The position numbers and the translations under genes were made by a program. A model generated the notes under the pieces. The model saw only the letters and a list, made by a program, of their open reading frames with translations, had not been told where the DNA came from and did not search any database. Shown here in pieces: positions 31,801-41,866 of a DNA stretch of 64,000 bases. Numbering within the stretch: the stretch's first letter is position 1; each line of letters starts with the position of its first letter. Source of the stretch: an uncultured Gemmatimonadales bacterium (GTDB taxonomy: Bacteria; Gemmatimonadota; Gemmatimonadetes; Longimicrobiales; RSA9); assembly GCA_963798845.1 (NCBI GenBank), contig CAWCUS010000006.1, positions 800,001 through 864,000 on the forward strand, in the 5' to 3' direction.

Positions 31801-32672
31801 GGTCGCTCCCCGCCAGCGTTGTCACCCATTGTGAGTGTCCATTCGGGGAACGTGCGTCCAAGGTAACCCTCCAGTTCCCGCACCTGCGTCCGCATGTCAG
31901 GTCTCAATTCCTCGATGAGCCTCTCGACCTTCCCGGCATCCGGGTGTACAGTCTGATACGCCAGCGACTTCGCAGCGTTCTTGAGCCGCCCGGGCACGAA
32001 CGGGGACAGCCTTCCCCATACCGCCGTTCGAGCCAATCGGTCCAGCCGACCGCGACCCTGAACCCCCCTGATAACCGGGGGTCGGGCGTTGGCCCGATCC
32101 ACGCCACTGCGGTGCCGCGGATCGACGCCCAGCCACTGGAACACCTGCCCCAGGACATCGTCGGGGTGATCGCGCATTGCTTCGAACGTGATACACGACA
32201 CGCTCTCCCGCCCGAATCGAGCAAAATATGGCTCGAGTTGCATGCGGTAGTGACTGAGGGCGAGGTATTCGTCGGAGTCACGGATCGCGGGGCCGATCTG
32301 CCGATGCTCGGACAACTTCCTGACATTGTGCCAGTAGTGGCTGATCAACCGGTCGAGAGGATCCCGCATCAGGTAGATGAAGCGCGGAGGCTCGTCCACG
32401 AATTCCGCGATCCGGCGCGGAACGTCGGGGAAGAGCGGCAGCTTGGAGTAGTGCGTGCTGGACTCTCCCCTGTAGCGGGCTTCACCGGCGGCTTCGAACA
32501 GGCTCATGTACCAGTCGACATCCGCCGGGTAGTATCCCACCTCGGGCACGAAAAACGCCGGCTCCTTGGGCTCCGACATGAAGATGTCTGGATGGTCCGC
32601 AAGTGCCTGATGCAGGGAGGTCGTACCGGACTTCGCAGCCCCGATCACGAAGAGATTCGGCTTCATCTGCAC
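31797..32672 (-). CDS. PAPS-dependent sulfotransferase
   Basis: PNLFVIGAAKSGTTSL, KEPAFF, GESSTHY, RDPLDRLISHY. Confidence 0.9.
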   Translation of the reverse strand: MQMKPNLFVIGAAKSGTTSLHQALADHPDIFMSEPKEPAFFVPEVGYYPADVDWYMSLFEAAGEARYRGESSTHYSKLPLFPDVPRRIAEFVDEPPRFIYLMRDPLDRLISHYWHNVRKLSEHRQIGPAIRDSDEYLALSHYRMQLEPYFARFGRESVSCITFEAMRDHPDDVLGQVFQWLGVDPRHRSGVDRANARPPVIRGVQGRGRLDRLARTAVWGRLSPFVPGRLKNAAKSLAYQTVHPDAGKVERLIEELRPDMRTQVRELEGYLGRTFPEWTLTMGDNAGGERP

Positions 32673-32805
32673 TTGCTGGACCCTTCCCCGTGGAGTACCA
32701 TCAGGACTCTACCAATCCGAGCGGCGTTCGGAAAGATGCAGCGTCGCCCGTCCGCATCGCGGCGAGGCGGCGGCACGCGCAACCTCTTCGCATCCTGTGC
32801 GCCTT

Positions 32806-32830
32806 TCGTGGCACGACGAGCGTGCCACGA
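32806..32830. repeat. Perfect 10-bp inverted repeat in divergent intergenic region
   Basis: TCGTGGCACG-ACGAG-CGTGCCACGA. Confidence 0.7.
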
Positions 32831-32894
32831 CATGCGAACGGCGGCCGACCCTCCGTATCGCCCACGTCAACGTCAGACGAGCAACTCGAGCGCC

Positions 32895-34646
32895 GTGCCA
32901 CCTATCCGCACTACCGGCCACACCGACGAGAGCGCACTGAATTTCCTGCGCTATTTCGCGGGAGCATACAAGGGCAGAACGCTCCTGATGGTCGCGCTGC
33001 TGGCCATCAGCGGCTTCCTCGAGGGTATCAGCGTCCTCACTCTCATTCCGTTGCTGCAGCTCGCGGCTGATCCCGCGTCGGGGGTCAGCTCCGGCAGGGC
33101 CCGCTTGCTCGAGGGTGTTCTCCAGAACGTAGGTGTTCACCCGACCCTTGTGGTCCTGGTGGCAGTGGTGGTCATCGGGATCACGCTGAAGGCCGTGTTC
33201 CTTTGGCTCGCCATGCGCCAGGTCGGCTTCACGGTCGCCCAGGTCACGCTCGACCTGCGCCTGCACCTCGTCAGGGCGCTGCTCCGAGCCCGTTGGGACT
33301 ACTTCGGCAATCAGCCCGTCGGAGGGTTCGCGAACTCGATCAGCACCGAGGCGATCAGGTCGGCATCGGCGTACCGTGAATCGTGCATCGTGCTGGCAGG
33401 CATCATCCAGGCCGCCATCTACGCATCGATCTCGCTGCTGATCTCGTGGCAGGTGACCGTGGCCGCCTTTGTGACCGGGTTCGTCCTGATTCACGGATTA
33501 CGCCGGTTCATCACGATGAGCAGGGACGCCGGTCACCAGCAGACCGTGCTGACCAAGAGCCTCACCCGCAGGCTCGTCGACGCGCTCCAGGGGATGAAGC
33601 CGATGAAGGCGATGGCGCGGGAGGACCTCTTCTGGCCGCTCCTTGAGGCGGAGGCGGAGGGATTGAATCAGGCTCACCGCACGAACGTCGTCGCCTCAGA
33701 GACGTTGCGGCTGTTCCAGGAACCTATCGTCACGGTCGTGCTCGCGTCCGGGTTCGTGGTCTTGCTCACCGCGACGGGGACCAGCTTCTCGTCGATCATT
33801 GTGCTCGCATTTGTCTTCTATCGCCTGATGGCGAACGTGAACACGCTGCAGATGCGTTACCAGGTGGCGGTGAACGGCGTAAGTGCGTTCTGGTCTCTCT
33901 GGGGCCAGATCCAGGAAGCCCGCGATGCGGAGGAGCGTCATGAAGGCTCTCGGGCTTCCATCCCGTTGGAGGTCGGCGTGGAATTGAGGAACGTCAGTTT
34001 CGCCTACGGTGACCTCAGCGTTCTCGATCAGCTCTGGCTCGACATTCCCGCTTATCAGTTGACGGCTCTGATCGGCGAATCCGGCAGCGGGAAAAGTACG
34101 ATCCTCGACCTCATCACAGGGCTGCGGCGGCCCGGTCACGGAGAGGTGTTCATTGACAATGTGGCTCTGGCCGAGATCGACCTGAGGGCCTGGCGGCAAC
34201 AGATCGGATACGTTCCCCAGGACGTTTTCCTCTTTCATGACACGGTGCGCCGCAACGTCACCCTCGGAGACGAGTCGATCAGCGATGAGCGCGTCGAGCG
34301 CGCCCTCAAAGCCGCGGGAGCGTGGGATTTCATCGCGCGGGACCCGGAGGGGATCGACGCCTGGGTCTCGCCACAGGGCTCGAACCTGTCCGGAGGTCAG
34401 CGTCAGCGGCTCGCCATTGCCCGAGCACTCGTGAAGGAGCCAGTCCTTCTCGTCCTGGACGAAGCGACGACCGGACTGGATCCGGACACGGAGGCGGCCA
34501 TACTGACCACGCTCCAGTCGCTGAGGGAGCGCGTCACCATCCTGGCGGTCTCGCATCAGGTGGCGCTCCGGGCCGCGGCGGATCGTACAATCCTCCTCGA
34601 GCGCGGGAAGATCGCTTCGGAGACATCGAGTTCTCGGGGAGCGTGA
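32895..34646 (+). CDS. ABC exporter, fused TMD-NBD (MsbA/PglK-like); start approximate
   Basis: TM domain then GESGSGKS, YVPQD, LSGGQRQR, LVLDEAT, SH. Confidence 0.9.
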   Translation: MPPIRTTGHTDESALNFLRYFAGAYKGRTLLMVALLAISGFLEGISVLTLIPLLQLAADPASGVSSGRARLLEGVLQNVGVHPTLVVLVAVVVIGITLKAVFLWLAMRQVGFTVAQVTLDLRLHLVRALLRARWDYFGNQPVGGFANSISTEAIRSASAYRESCIVLAGIIQAAIYASISLLISWQVTVAAFVTGFVLIHGLRRFITMSRDAGHQQTVLTKSLTRRLVDALQGMKPMKAMAREDLFWPLLEAEAEGLNQAHRTNVVASETLRLFQEPIVTVVLASGFVVLLTATGTSFSSIIVLAFVFYRLMANVNTLQMRYQVAVNGVSAFWSLWGQIQEARDAEERHEGSRASIPLEVGVELRNVSFAYGDLSVLDQLWLDIPAYQLTALIGESGSGKSTILDLITGLRRPGHGEVFIDNVALAEIDLRAWRQQIGYVPQDVFLFHDTVRRNVTLGDESISDERVERALKAAGAWDFIARDPEGIDAWVSPQGSNLSGGQRQRLAIARALVKEPVLLVLDEATTGLDPDTEAAILTTLQSLRERVTILAVSHQVALRAAADRTILLERGKIASETSSSRGA

Positions 34647-34738
34647 TCCAGGGCGCTGGCGTGTTGCTAGGGCGTTCGCCGCCTGCTCGACTCCGCTCTT
34701 CCGATCCGCGTACACTCCGGAACCAGCGAGTTTCGTGA

Positions 34739-36102
34739 ATGAAACAGGTCGCGACGCTTCTGCGGGACTGGGCGGTGGAGACCGCCCTGGCTCGATCCCT
34801 GTTTTCGGGCTTTCAGCTCGCCTCCTCGATCCTGCCCCGCGGAGACTACAACAGGGCGTCGAGCTTGCTCCGGGCCTGGCGGGTAGACGACCGCTGGTGG
34901 GTGTCCGCGAGCGCCCTACGCTTTCTCCAACGCCGTCTGGCGCCACGAGGTCGACTCCACCCGCTTACCGAAAACCCGCTTCTCCGCTCGTTCGCGAGAT
35001 CGAAGGTGGCCTCAGGGATTCGACGCGAATTCGCCGGGTACCACATGGACCACCGCGTCCGGATCAGGTTCCCCAGACCGGATCCCAGCCCGCAGCGCCA
35101 GGGAGACCTCATCCTCTTGAAGGCTCCCGATCCACAGACCGGCGAAAAGGGCGTTCTGCTGGTGAAATACACAGAATCGATCCGGCGTATGCTGGCCCTG
35201 TTCGAGGTCGAACGGCTGGTCCAGCAGTACATGATCGTGCTCGAGCCGAGCTGGTGGGGATACCAGGATCCCCTTTTCTTCGCTTTGATCGGGTCCGATG
35301 CGGACGTCTTCGTACAGGCGCCGGCGGAAGCCGACTACCGGTTCATCGCCGCGCGTGGCATGGGTCTGGTTCCGCTCCGGCTGGGAGCCGGTGACTGGAT
35401 CGATCCGGAGACGTTCACCCCGGTCGACGGCGCCCGGAAGTACGACGTCGTGATGGTCTCGAGCTGGAACCGGTTCAAGCGGCACACTGACCTGTTCGCA
35501 GCCATGCGCCAGGCGAAGGAAGAGCATGGCCGCGACCTGTCTGCGGCTCTGGTCGGCTACCCGAATGGGCTGACCATGGCCGACATTCGCCAGCGGGCCG
35601 ACCGGTATGGAGTGGCGGATCAGTGCGGATGTTCCAGTCCGTGCCCCAGTCCGAGGTGGCCAGGATCGTGGGCTCCTCTCGCCTCTACGTGTTATTGTCG
35701 CGGCGGGAAGGCGCCAACAAAGCAATGTACGAAGCAATGTTCTGCGACACTGCGGTCCTAGCGCCCCGGATGCATCGAGGCATCAACCTGGACCACCTCA
35801 ACGAACGAACGGGGTTGACCTTCACAGCGCGGCATTTGACGGAAGCGCTCCTGAGAGGGATCGACCGCTGGGAAACATACCACCCGCGCGCGTGGGCGCT
35901 GGAGAACACGGGATACGTGAACGCAACCCGCGTCCTGGAGCGTGCTCTTTCGTCCCGGGCCGCGGAACGGGGGGCACCATGGTCCACTCACATAGCGCCC
36001 AAGAGGAACCAGCCCAATCTGAAGTACGCGCATGAAGCCGACCGGGTACGACTCGATCCTGGATATCAGCGACTGCAAGGCTTTCTGCGCGGCCAACGGT
36101 GA
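34739..36102 (+). CDS. GT-B glycosyltransferase, frameshift near 35625
   Basis: YDVVMVSSWNRFKRH in ORF 34739; LSRREGANKAMYEAM in ORF 35623. Confidence 0.7.
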
Positions 36103-36106
36103 TGCC

Positions 36107-36880
36107 ATGATAAGAAAACCGTCAGAGCGTTTGCGGAGCTTCGTCCGACGTCATCCTTTGCTTTACGACCTCTTGCAGCGCCGGATCCACCGCGAATGGC
36201 GGCCGTCCGAGCCAGAATGGTATCTGGACCGGCTACAGACCCGACTCGGCCGCGCACCGCGTTTCATACAGATTGGGGCGAACGACGGGCTCCGCAATGA
36301 CCCGGTGCGGTTCTTCATCGTGTGGCGGAAGTGGAACGGAATTCTCGTTGAGCCGCTGCCAGCTGCCTTCGAGTTGTTGGCCAGGAATTATTCCATGGTC
36401 CCGAAGCGGAGAATCGAACTGGTTCAGGCCGCGATAGGCGCCACCGACTCGAATTTGACGTTCTGGACATTTGACAAGGCCAAGATCGCGGCATTGCCGC
36501 TAGAAAGCCGATTGAGCCTTCTGCGGAGGTCCTCGTTCGATCGTCGTTTGGTCGAGACGGCTGCCGCAGCCGCAGGCCTTCCGGATACAGCGCTCACGGG
36601 CCGGCTCGTGCGGACGGTGTCGGTCGCCGACTTGGTCCGGCGGAGGTGGAACGTCCCCAGCGTCAATGTCGTTGCGATCGATGCTGAAGGTTTGGACGGC
36701 GAGATCATCCGGGGGTTGGAGCTGGAAACCCTTTCGCCGCATTTGATCCTGTTCGAGACCCACCAGATGGCGGCCGCCGAACGGGTCGCTGTCACCCACC
36801 TGCTGGAAGACCGCGGCTACCGTTTGCATCACCTGGCGGGGGATTGTGTTGCAGAAAACGTGGGCATCAAAGATCCCTGA
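36107..36880 (+). CDS. FkbM family methyltransferase
   Basis: FIQIGANDG, GILVEP, IDAEGLD, ILFE. Confidence 0.85.
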   Translation: MIRKPSERLRSFVRRHPLLYDLLQRRIHREWRPSEPEWYLDRLQTRLGRAPRFIQIGANDGLRNDPVRFFIVWRKWNGILVEPLPAAFELLARNYSMVPKRRIELVQAAIGATDSNLTFWTFDKAKIAALPLESRLSLLRRSSFDRRLVETAAAAAGLPDTALTGRLVRTVSVADLVRRRWNVPSVNVVAIDAEGLDGEIIRGLELETLSPHLILFETHQMAAAERVAVTHLLEDRGYRLHHLAGDCVAENVGIKDP

Positions 36881-36956
36881 TAGCAGAACGCTCGCGCAAG
36901 TGCATTCGCCCGTTTCCCGCTCCCCCGGCAACGAAACACGCGCGTCCCCGAACCGT

Positions 36957-38345
36957 TCACTCCGCGGCCTTGTCTTGCCCCGGTGCAGCCTGCCTGAGCC
37001 GATTCTCCACGACTCGCATCTTTCCTGACGGCTGCCGCGACAAACTCTCGACGAAATCGATCTGCAGTTCGAATCCTGGCAACCTTCCTGCGAGTTCGTC
37101 CCGGATGGTGGCAAGCGTCCCGACCGATTTTTCTTGGGCCACCACGCGAACCAGTAGCTCGCTTGCGTCCGTCTGTACGACCTGGAATTGACCTATCTCG
37201 GGGCTTTTCTTCCGAAGATCTTCAAAGGCGTACATGAAGAACTCGCCATGAAAACGTCGGCCGTCCGGAGCCTCCACGAAATCGTACTCCCTCCCGAAGA
37301 CATCCCCAAGCACTGGAAAGGGCCGTCCGCAACGGCAGCGGTCGCCAAACCTGCCAAGGTCACCAATTCGATACCGGACCAGTGGCATGATACGGTTCGT
37401 CAGGTCCGTGACGATGAGGTGTCCGGGTTGCCCGTGGGCAACCGGCCGGTTCTCGTCATTTAGGATTTCGACATATTGATTCGTGGGGAAGAGGTGCAGA
37501 GAGCCCTCAGGGCACTCGTACGCGATAGGCCCCATTTCTCCGCAGCCGTACTCATTTTGAATAGGGACACCGAAAGCGTCAGCGATGACCTGACGTTGGG
37601 GGGCGGACAATACTTCGGAAGTGGTCACAACTAGACGGAGATAATCGCCGTGTAATCCCTCGCCTCGCTGCATCAAATATCGCGCGAGATCTTCGAGCAC
37701 GGAGACGTATCCATAGAGAAAGGCCGGTCGTGAATGCTCGATCTTCTTTACGTACTCGGCCAGATCGCGGCGGGTATAGCCGAATGCGGATAGTGTCTTT
37801 CTGCGAGTCGCCATATCCGCGGCGAAATACCGAAATTTACGCCTCAAGTTGCGCGCCGGTCGTCCCCAGAACCTAACGCACGCGTCGCCAACCCGTATGC
37901 CGAACCAGCCGTAGCCCAGCCACGTCGTTGCCATCTCTTGGGCCACGGCGTCGGGGTCTTTCCGGATAGTCACTGGGCGTCCGGTTGATCCGCCGGTCGT
38001 CTTTGTCGTCGCCCGGCCCGACCAGGTTTCCGCCGTCAACAACTCCGGATGCCGCTGAAGCGCTTCCTTCTCCAGGACCGGCATTCGCCGAAGAGCGTCC
38101 GGTGCGTTGTCGATTCCGATGCTCCGACTCGAGACACGGTTCTGGTAGTACGGAACGTGATCACTCGCATGACGGATGACGTCCACGAGACTCCGGCGCT
38201 GCGCCGCGAGCAGTTCGTCCTCGGAGGATCGTTCCAAGAGGCGCAGGATCTCCAGCCGGCGAAACACCGACTGTTCTCCTCGCAACCAGACCGCAAGGCG
38301 GTAGGGAAACTCTCCGGCGACCGCGTGTCGAAGGTCGTCCATCAT
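36957..38345 (-). CDS. Phenylacetate-CoA ligase-like (CapK-type) adenylate-forming enzyme
   Basis: TTGGSTG, YGCGE, MPLVRYRIGD, GR..D, SGKMR. Confidence 0.85.
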   Translation of the reverse strand: MMDDLRHAVAGEFPYRLAVWLRGEQSVFRRLEILRLLERSSEDELLAAQRRSLVDVIRHASDHVPYYQNRVSSRSIGIDNAPDALRRMPVLEKEALQRHPELLTAETWSGRATTKTTGGSTGRPVTIRKDPDAVAQEMATTWLGYGWFGIRVGDACVRFWGRPARNLRRKFRYFAADMATRRKTLSAFGYTRRDLAEYVKKIEHSRPAFLYGYVSVLEDLARYLMQRGEGLHGDYLRLVVTTSEVLSAPQRQVIADAFGVPIQNEYGCGEMGPIAYECPEGSLHLFPTNQYVEILNDENRPVAHGQPGHLIVTDLTNRIMPLVRYRIGDLGRFGDRCRCGRPFPVLGDVFGREYDFVEAPDGRRFHGEFFMYAFEDLRKKSPEIGQFQVVQTDASELLVRVVAQEKSVGTLATIRDELAGRLPGFELQIDFVESLSRQPSGKMRVVENRLRQAAPGQDKAAE

Positions 38346-38455
38346 GAGACCGGGTGGTCAGTTGTGCGGTTCGACTCTGGCATCTGTAAAGGAATTGAGG
38401 CGGGCAGGAGCGCGCAGGCCGGTTCATCGTACATGAGCTTACCCTGACTGAGGAT

Positions 38456-38507
38456 GGTTGAAGGCTCCACCGGGCGCCAGTCCTGATGCCCGGTGGAGCC
38501 TTCAACC
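38456..38507. terminator. 20-bp stem hairpin downstream of the Ig-repeat gene
   Basis: GGTTGAAGGCTCCACCGGGC-12 nt-GCCCGGTGGAGCCTTCAACC; no clear U tract. Confidence 0.5.
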
Positions 38508-38546
38508 GGCGGAGCGAGTCAGCTCTCCTTCTTCTGCGCGGCCCTG

Positions 38547-41507
38547 TCAGTTCTTAGCGCTGACATACAACTCCCGCACGTCGTAGTGCGTGTCCGCGTA
38601 TACCGTGTTCGCGTGGACGTACAGTTGCAGACGAGCGAAGAGCGGTTCGTAGCTCGTGTACGACGCAGCCATTACCATCTGATCGTCAGACCCGACCTGT
38701 CTCCCGTTTAGCCAAATCGTGCATCTTCCATCGTTCGCATGGGCACTTGACTCCGCCACACAATGGTATTCCATCGCCATCTCATTTGGCGCCCTCATCG
38801 TGAGAACGGGCCCGGCGTTCAGTTGATGGTTGTCGCCGTCCAGGACCCGCCAGTTGTCGTTCGGCTCCTGGGACGACCAGATCCCCTCGCCCCACGCCAC
38901 ATTACCGGCGCTCTTCGGGACCAGGTAGAACCACTTGTGTCCTTGGGCGTCCGGCCAACTGGTTGGCTTAACCACGCGCAGCATTATGTAGAGTTCCCGC
39001 CAGCCGGTTCCGGGGAAGATGTAATTGCCCTTGCCAACACCTTGGTTCGCCGCCTTCCATTCGAAGCGGACGGCTTTGCCGGAACCTGTCGGATTACTCG
39101 CATCGTCTACAACATGGACGTTCCCGTTATCGGCAAACGAGGTGCTAGTGAACCCCGCTATTCCGAAGGCGCCAGTGCCGTTGTAGGCGATCGACCCGTC
39201 CGCGCTGCCGAGAACTGTCATTCCCGCTGGCTCGTTCGGGTGCAGCGCGCTCTGCGGCGCGGCCGGGGCGGGAGCGGTCGGAGTGGCGTTGATCTCGGCG
39301 AACTTGACCGCGGCGCCGGCTCCGTCCGAGGCGACGAGCCTGTAGTAATACCGCGTCCCGTTCGAAACGCCCGAATCGGTGCCGGAGAGGCTGGAGAGCC
39401 CCGAGAGCAGGTTCCCGGAACCGGGAGTGAACCCGCTGGAGGTGGAGCGATACCAGCGGTAGGTGTAGGGGGGCTCACCGCCGGTTGGGGGCGTGGCCGA
39501 CAGCGCGACCGTTGCGTTTCCGGCAGCAGCCGTAGCGGTCCCGGCCGCGAGCGCCTGCAGCACGACCTCGACCGCCACCGTGTCGGCGGCCGAGCAACAA
39601 AGCGCGGCCACGACGACAGAAGCGGTTCCGACACCGCGCGCCCTGAGCAATCCCATGCTGTCCACCGTAACGACCGACGAGTTCGAGGTGTTCCACCCGA
39701 AGCTTACCCCCTGGACCAGTGCACCGGTTCCATCGAAGGCGCTGGCGTTCAGGTGCGCCGTGTCGCCGACGGCGGTGAACCGGACGCTGGATTTGCTGCT
39801 CTGTACCCGCGCCACGTTGATGGTCGGCGGGGGCGGAGTGGCGGATGTCACGGTGATGGTGGCGCTGCCCGATAGCGATCCGGACGTGGCGGTGATCGTG
39901 GCCGAGCCGGCGCCGGCGGCCGTAACCGTCCCATCGGACGCGACCTTCGCGACTGCGGGCTTGCTCGACGAGAACGCGATGGTCGCCCCGGCGAGAGAAT
40001 TTCCCTGGTTGTCCCTGACCGACAGCTTGACCGTATCTCCCGTGTGCAGGTAGGCCGTCCCGGGGTTCAGGACGAGGCTGGTGGCGGCCGCCGGCGAAAC
40101 GGCGATGGCGGCGGTGCCCGACAGCGATCCTGCCGTCGCGGTGATGGTGGCGGACCCGGCGCTCACGGCCGAGACCGTCCCGTCGGATGCGACGGTAGCC
40201 ACTGCGGGCTTGCTCGACGAGAACGCCATGGTCGCACCGGACAGAGAGTTCCCCTGGTTGTCCTTGACCGACAGCTTGACCGTGTGTCCCGGCTGCAGGT
40301 CGGCGGTCCCGGGAATGAGGACGAGGCTGGTGGCGACCGGCGAGGCGACGGACACGGCGATCTGGTCCGCCTTCCCGCAACACGGGGCGCTAACGGTGAT
40401 CGTCGCGCTCCCCTCGCCAACCGCCGTGATGACGCCGTTCTTGTCGACGGTCGCGACGGACTTCTTGGAGCTGCTCCAGTCGAACGCGATACCGTGGACC
40501 ACGTTGCCGCTGGCGTCCAGCGCCTCGGCGCCGGCGTCGAGCATCTCTCCAACGGCTTTGAACTGGTAGCTGTCGACGGACGCGCGCACTTCCGAGATCG
40601 GGGTGTTGCTCTTCCCGCGCACGTTCAGATTCGCCTGTACGCGGACCCCGGACACCGACACTTCGACGACCGCGGCGCCTTCGGTCTTGGCCTCGACGAC
40701 GCCATCCGCGGTCACGGCGACCACCGCCTCGTTGAGGGTGGTGTAGGTCAGGTTCTGAATGGCGTTCCCGTACGCGTCCTCGGCCTTGGCCTCCAGGCGC
40801 AGAGTCTCGCCCACGTCCATCTCGGCCTGATCCGGGGTGACGATGAGATTCGTGGGGACCTGCTCGACCGATACGGCAACCGTGTCCGCGAGGCCGCAGC
40901 AGCTCGCGGAAACGACCACCTGCGTGGCTCCGACCGCCCTGGCGGTGATCATGCCTCCTTCATCCACCGTCGCGACCGACGGGTCGCCGCTGGTCCACTG
41001 GAGAATCAGCCCCTCGATCGGCGTCCCGGCACCGTCCACGGCCCGGGCTTCCAGCTTCGCCGTCTGGGTAAGAGCGGTGAACTGGACCTCATCCGAGCTC
41101 ACGGCCAGGGAAGCGGCGACCTGCTGGACGGTGACCGGCACCGTCTTCGACAGATCACAGCACGTCGCCCGCACCGTCACCTCGGCCTGCCCCGATGACC
41201 GGGCGGTGATCAGGCCCGTGCCGTTCACGGACGCGACCTGTGGGTTGCTGCTCGACCACTGGAAGCCCGGGTCCCCGAGCGGCTCACCGGCCGCGTTCAC
41301 CACGGTGGCGGTCAGCTGCTTGGATTCGGTCAGCGCGGTGAACTTCACGGACGCAGCGCTCAGCTGCAGCGTGGCTTCCAGCTGCGGCTCCAATGCCGAG
41401 CTGCTCTCGCAAGCGGTCATGCCGGCGACGGCCGCAAGGGCGGTCACCAGGCGAAAGAGATCGTTACGGCGGCTCCGTCCGAATGCGCGTGGCGGGGTCG
41501 GCATCAA
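38547..41507 (-). CDS. Surface lipoprotein with about 7 Ig-like (Big_2) repeats, FN3-like domain and C-terminal beta-rich domain
   Basis: Lipobox-like GMTAC; repeated WSSS..VA.V...G.ITA...G.A; YRWYRST...YYYRL. Confidence 0.85.
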   Translation of the reverse strand: MMPTPPRAFGRSRRNDLFRLVTALAAVAGMTACESSSALEPQLEATLQLSAASVKFTALTESKQLTATVVNAAGEPLGDPGFQWSSSNPQVASVNGTGLITARSSGQAEVTVRATCCDLSKTVPVTVQQVAASLAVSSDEVQFTALTQTAKLEARAVDGAGTPIEGLILQWTSGDPSVATVDEGGMITARAVGATQVVVSASCCGLADTVAVSVEQVPTNLIVTPDQAEMDVGETLRLEAKAEDAYGNAIQNLTYTTLNEAVVAVTADGVVEAKTEGAAVVEVSVSGVRVQANLNVRGKSNTPISEVRASVDSYQFKAVGEMLDAGAEALDASGNVVHGIAFDWSSSKKSVATVDKNGVITAVGEGSATITVSAPCCGKADQIAVSVASPVATSLVLIPGTADLQPGHTVKLSVKDNQGNSLSGATMAFSSSKPAVATVASDGTVSAVSAGSATITATAGSLSGTAAIAVSPAAATSLVLNPGTAYLHTGDTVKLSVRDNQGNSLAGATIAFSSSKPAVAKVASDGTVTAAGAGSATITATSGSLSGSATITVTSATPPPPTINVARVQSSKSSVRFTAVGDTAHLNASAFDGTGALVQGVSFGWNTSNSSVVTVDSMGLLRARGVGTASVVVAALCCSAADTVAVEVVLQALAAGTATAAAGNATVALSATPPTGGEPPYTYRWYRSTSSGFTPGSGNLLSGLSSLSGTDSGVSNGTRYYYRLVASDGAGAAVKFAEINATPTAPAPAAPQSALHPNEPAGMTVLGSADGSIAYNGTGAFGIAGFTSTSFADNGNVHVVDDASNPTGSGKAVRFEWKAANQGVGKGNYIFPGTGWRELYIMLRVVKPTSWPDAQGHKWFYLVPKSAGNVAWGEGIWSSQEPNDNWRVLDGDNHQLNAGPVLTMRAPNEMAMEYHCVAESSAHANDGRCTIWLNGRQVGSDDQMVMAASYTSYEPLFARLQLYVHANTVYADTHYDVRELYVSAKN
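39850..40335 (-). repeat. Recent internal tandem duplication (2 x 249 nt) within the Ig protein
   Basis: ACGAGGCTGGTGGC at 40321 and 40072; near-identical TSLVL.PGTA.L..G.TVKLSV.DNQGNSL units. Confidence 0.8.
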
Positions 41508-41866
41508 CCCGGTCTCCTGCGTTCATGGGTCCAGAAAAAGGACGACCGCCGGGGCGTGCCACCGCTGGAGGTGGCTCGTTTCACTGGCGGCCCGGCGGGC
41601 TTGGCGATGGTTTCGCTGTAGCCCCGTAGCTCTGCGTCGCCGCCTTTCGGCGGTTTTGCTCTGAGCAGCGATTACTCCGAATTTTCCCGGCGGAAGTCCA
41701 ACTGCCGCGGGAGGGCAGGAGCAAGGGCGGTGCGCGGGATCACGCCTGCGGAAGGAAACGGCTCAAGGGCGGGCCGATTTGATCATCCCGGAGGTGGTCG
41801 CCGGGGTTCCGGCCACGGCCGGATCACGCAAATTTTGCGGAGGGTGTGAACAGATTTCGCGCGCGA

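Noticed and set aside
31944..32894. N-terminal extension of the ABC transporter ORF
   Set aside because: Overlaps the sulfotransferase on the opposite strand; transporter-like sequence begins near 32895.
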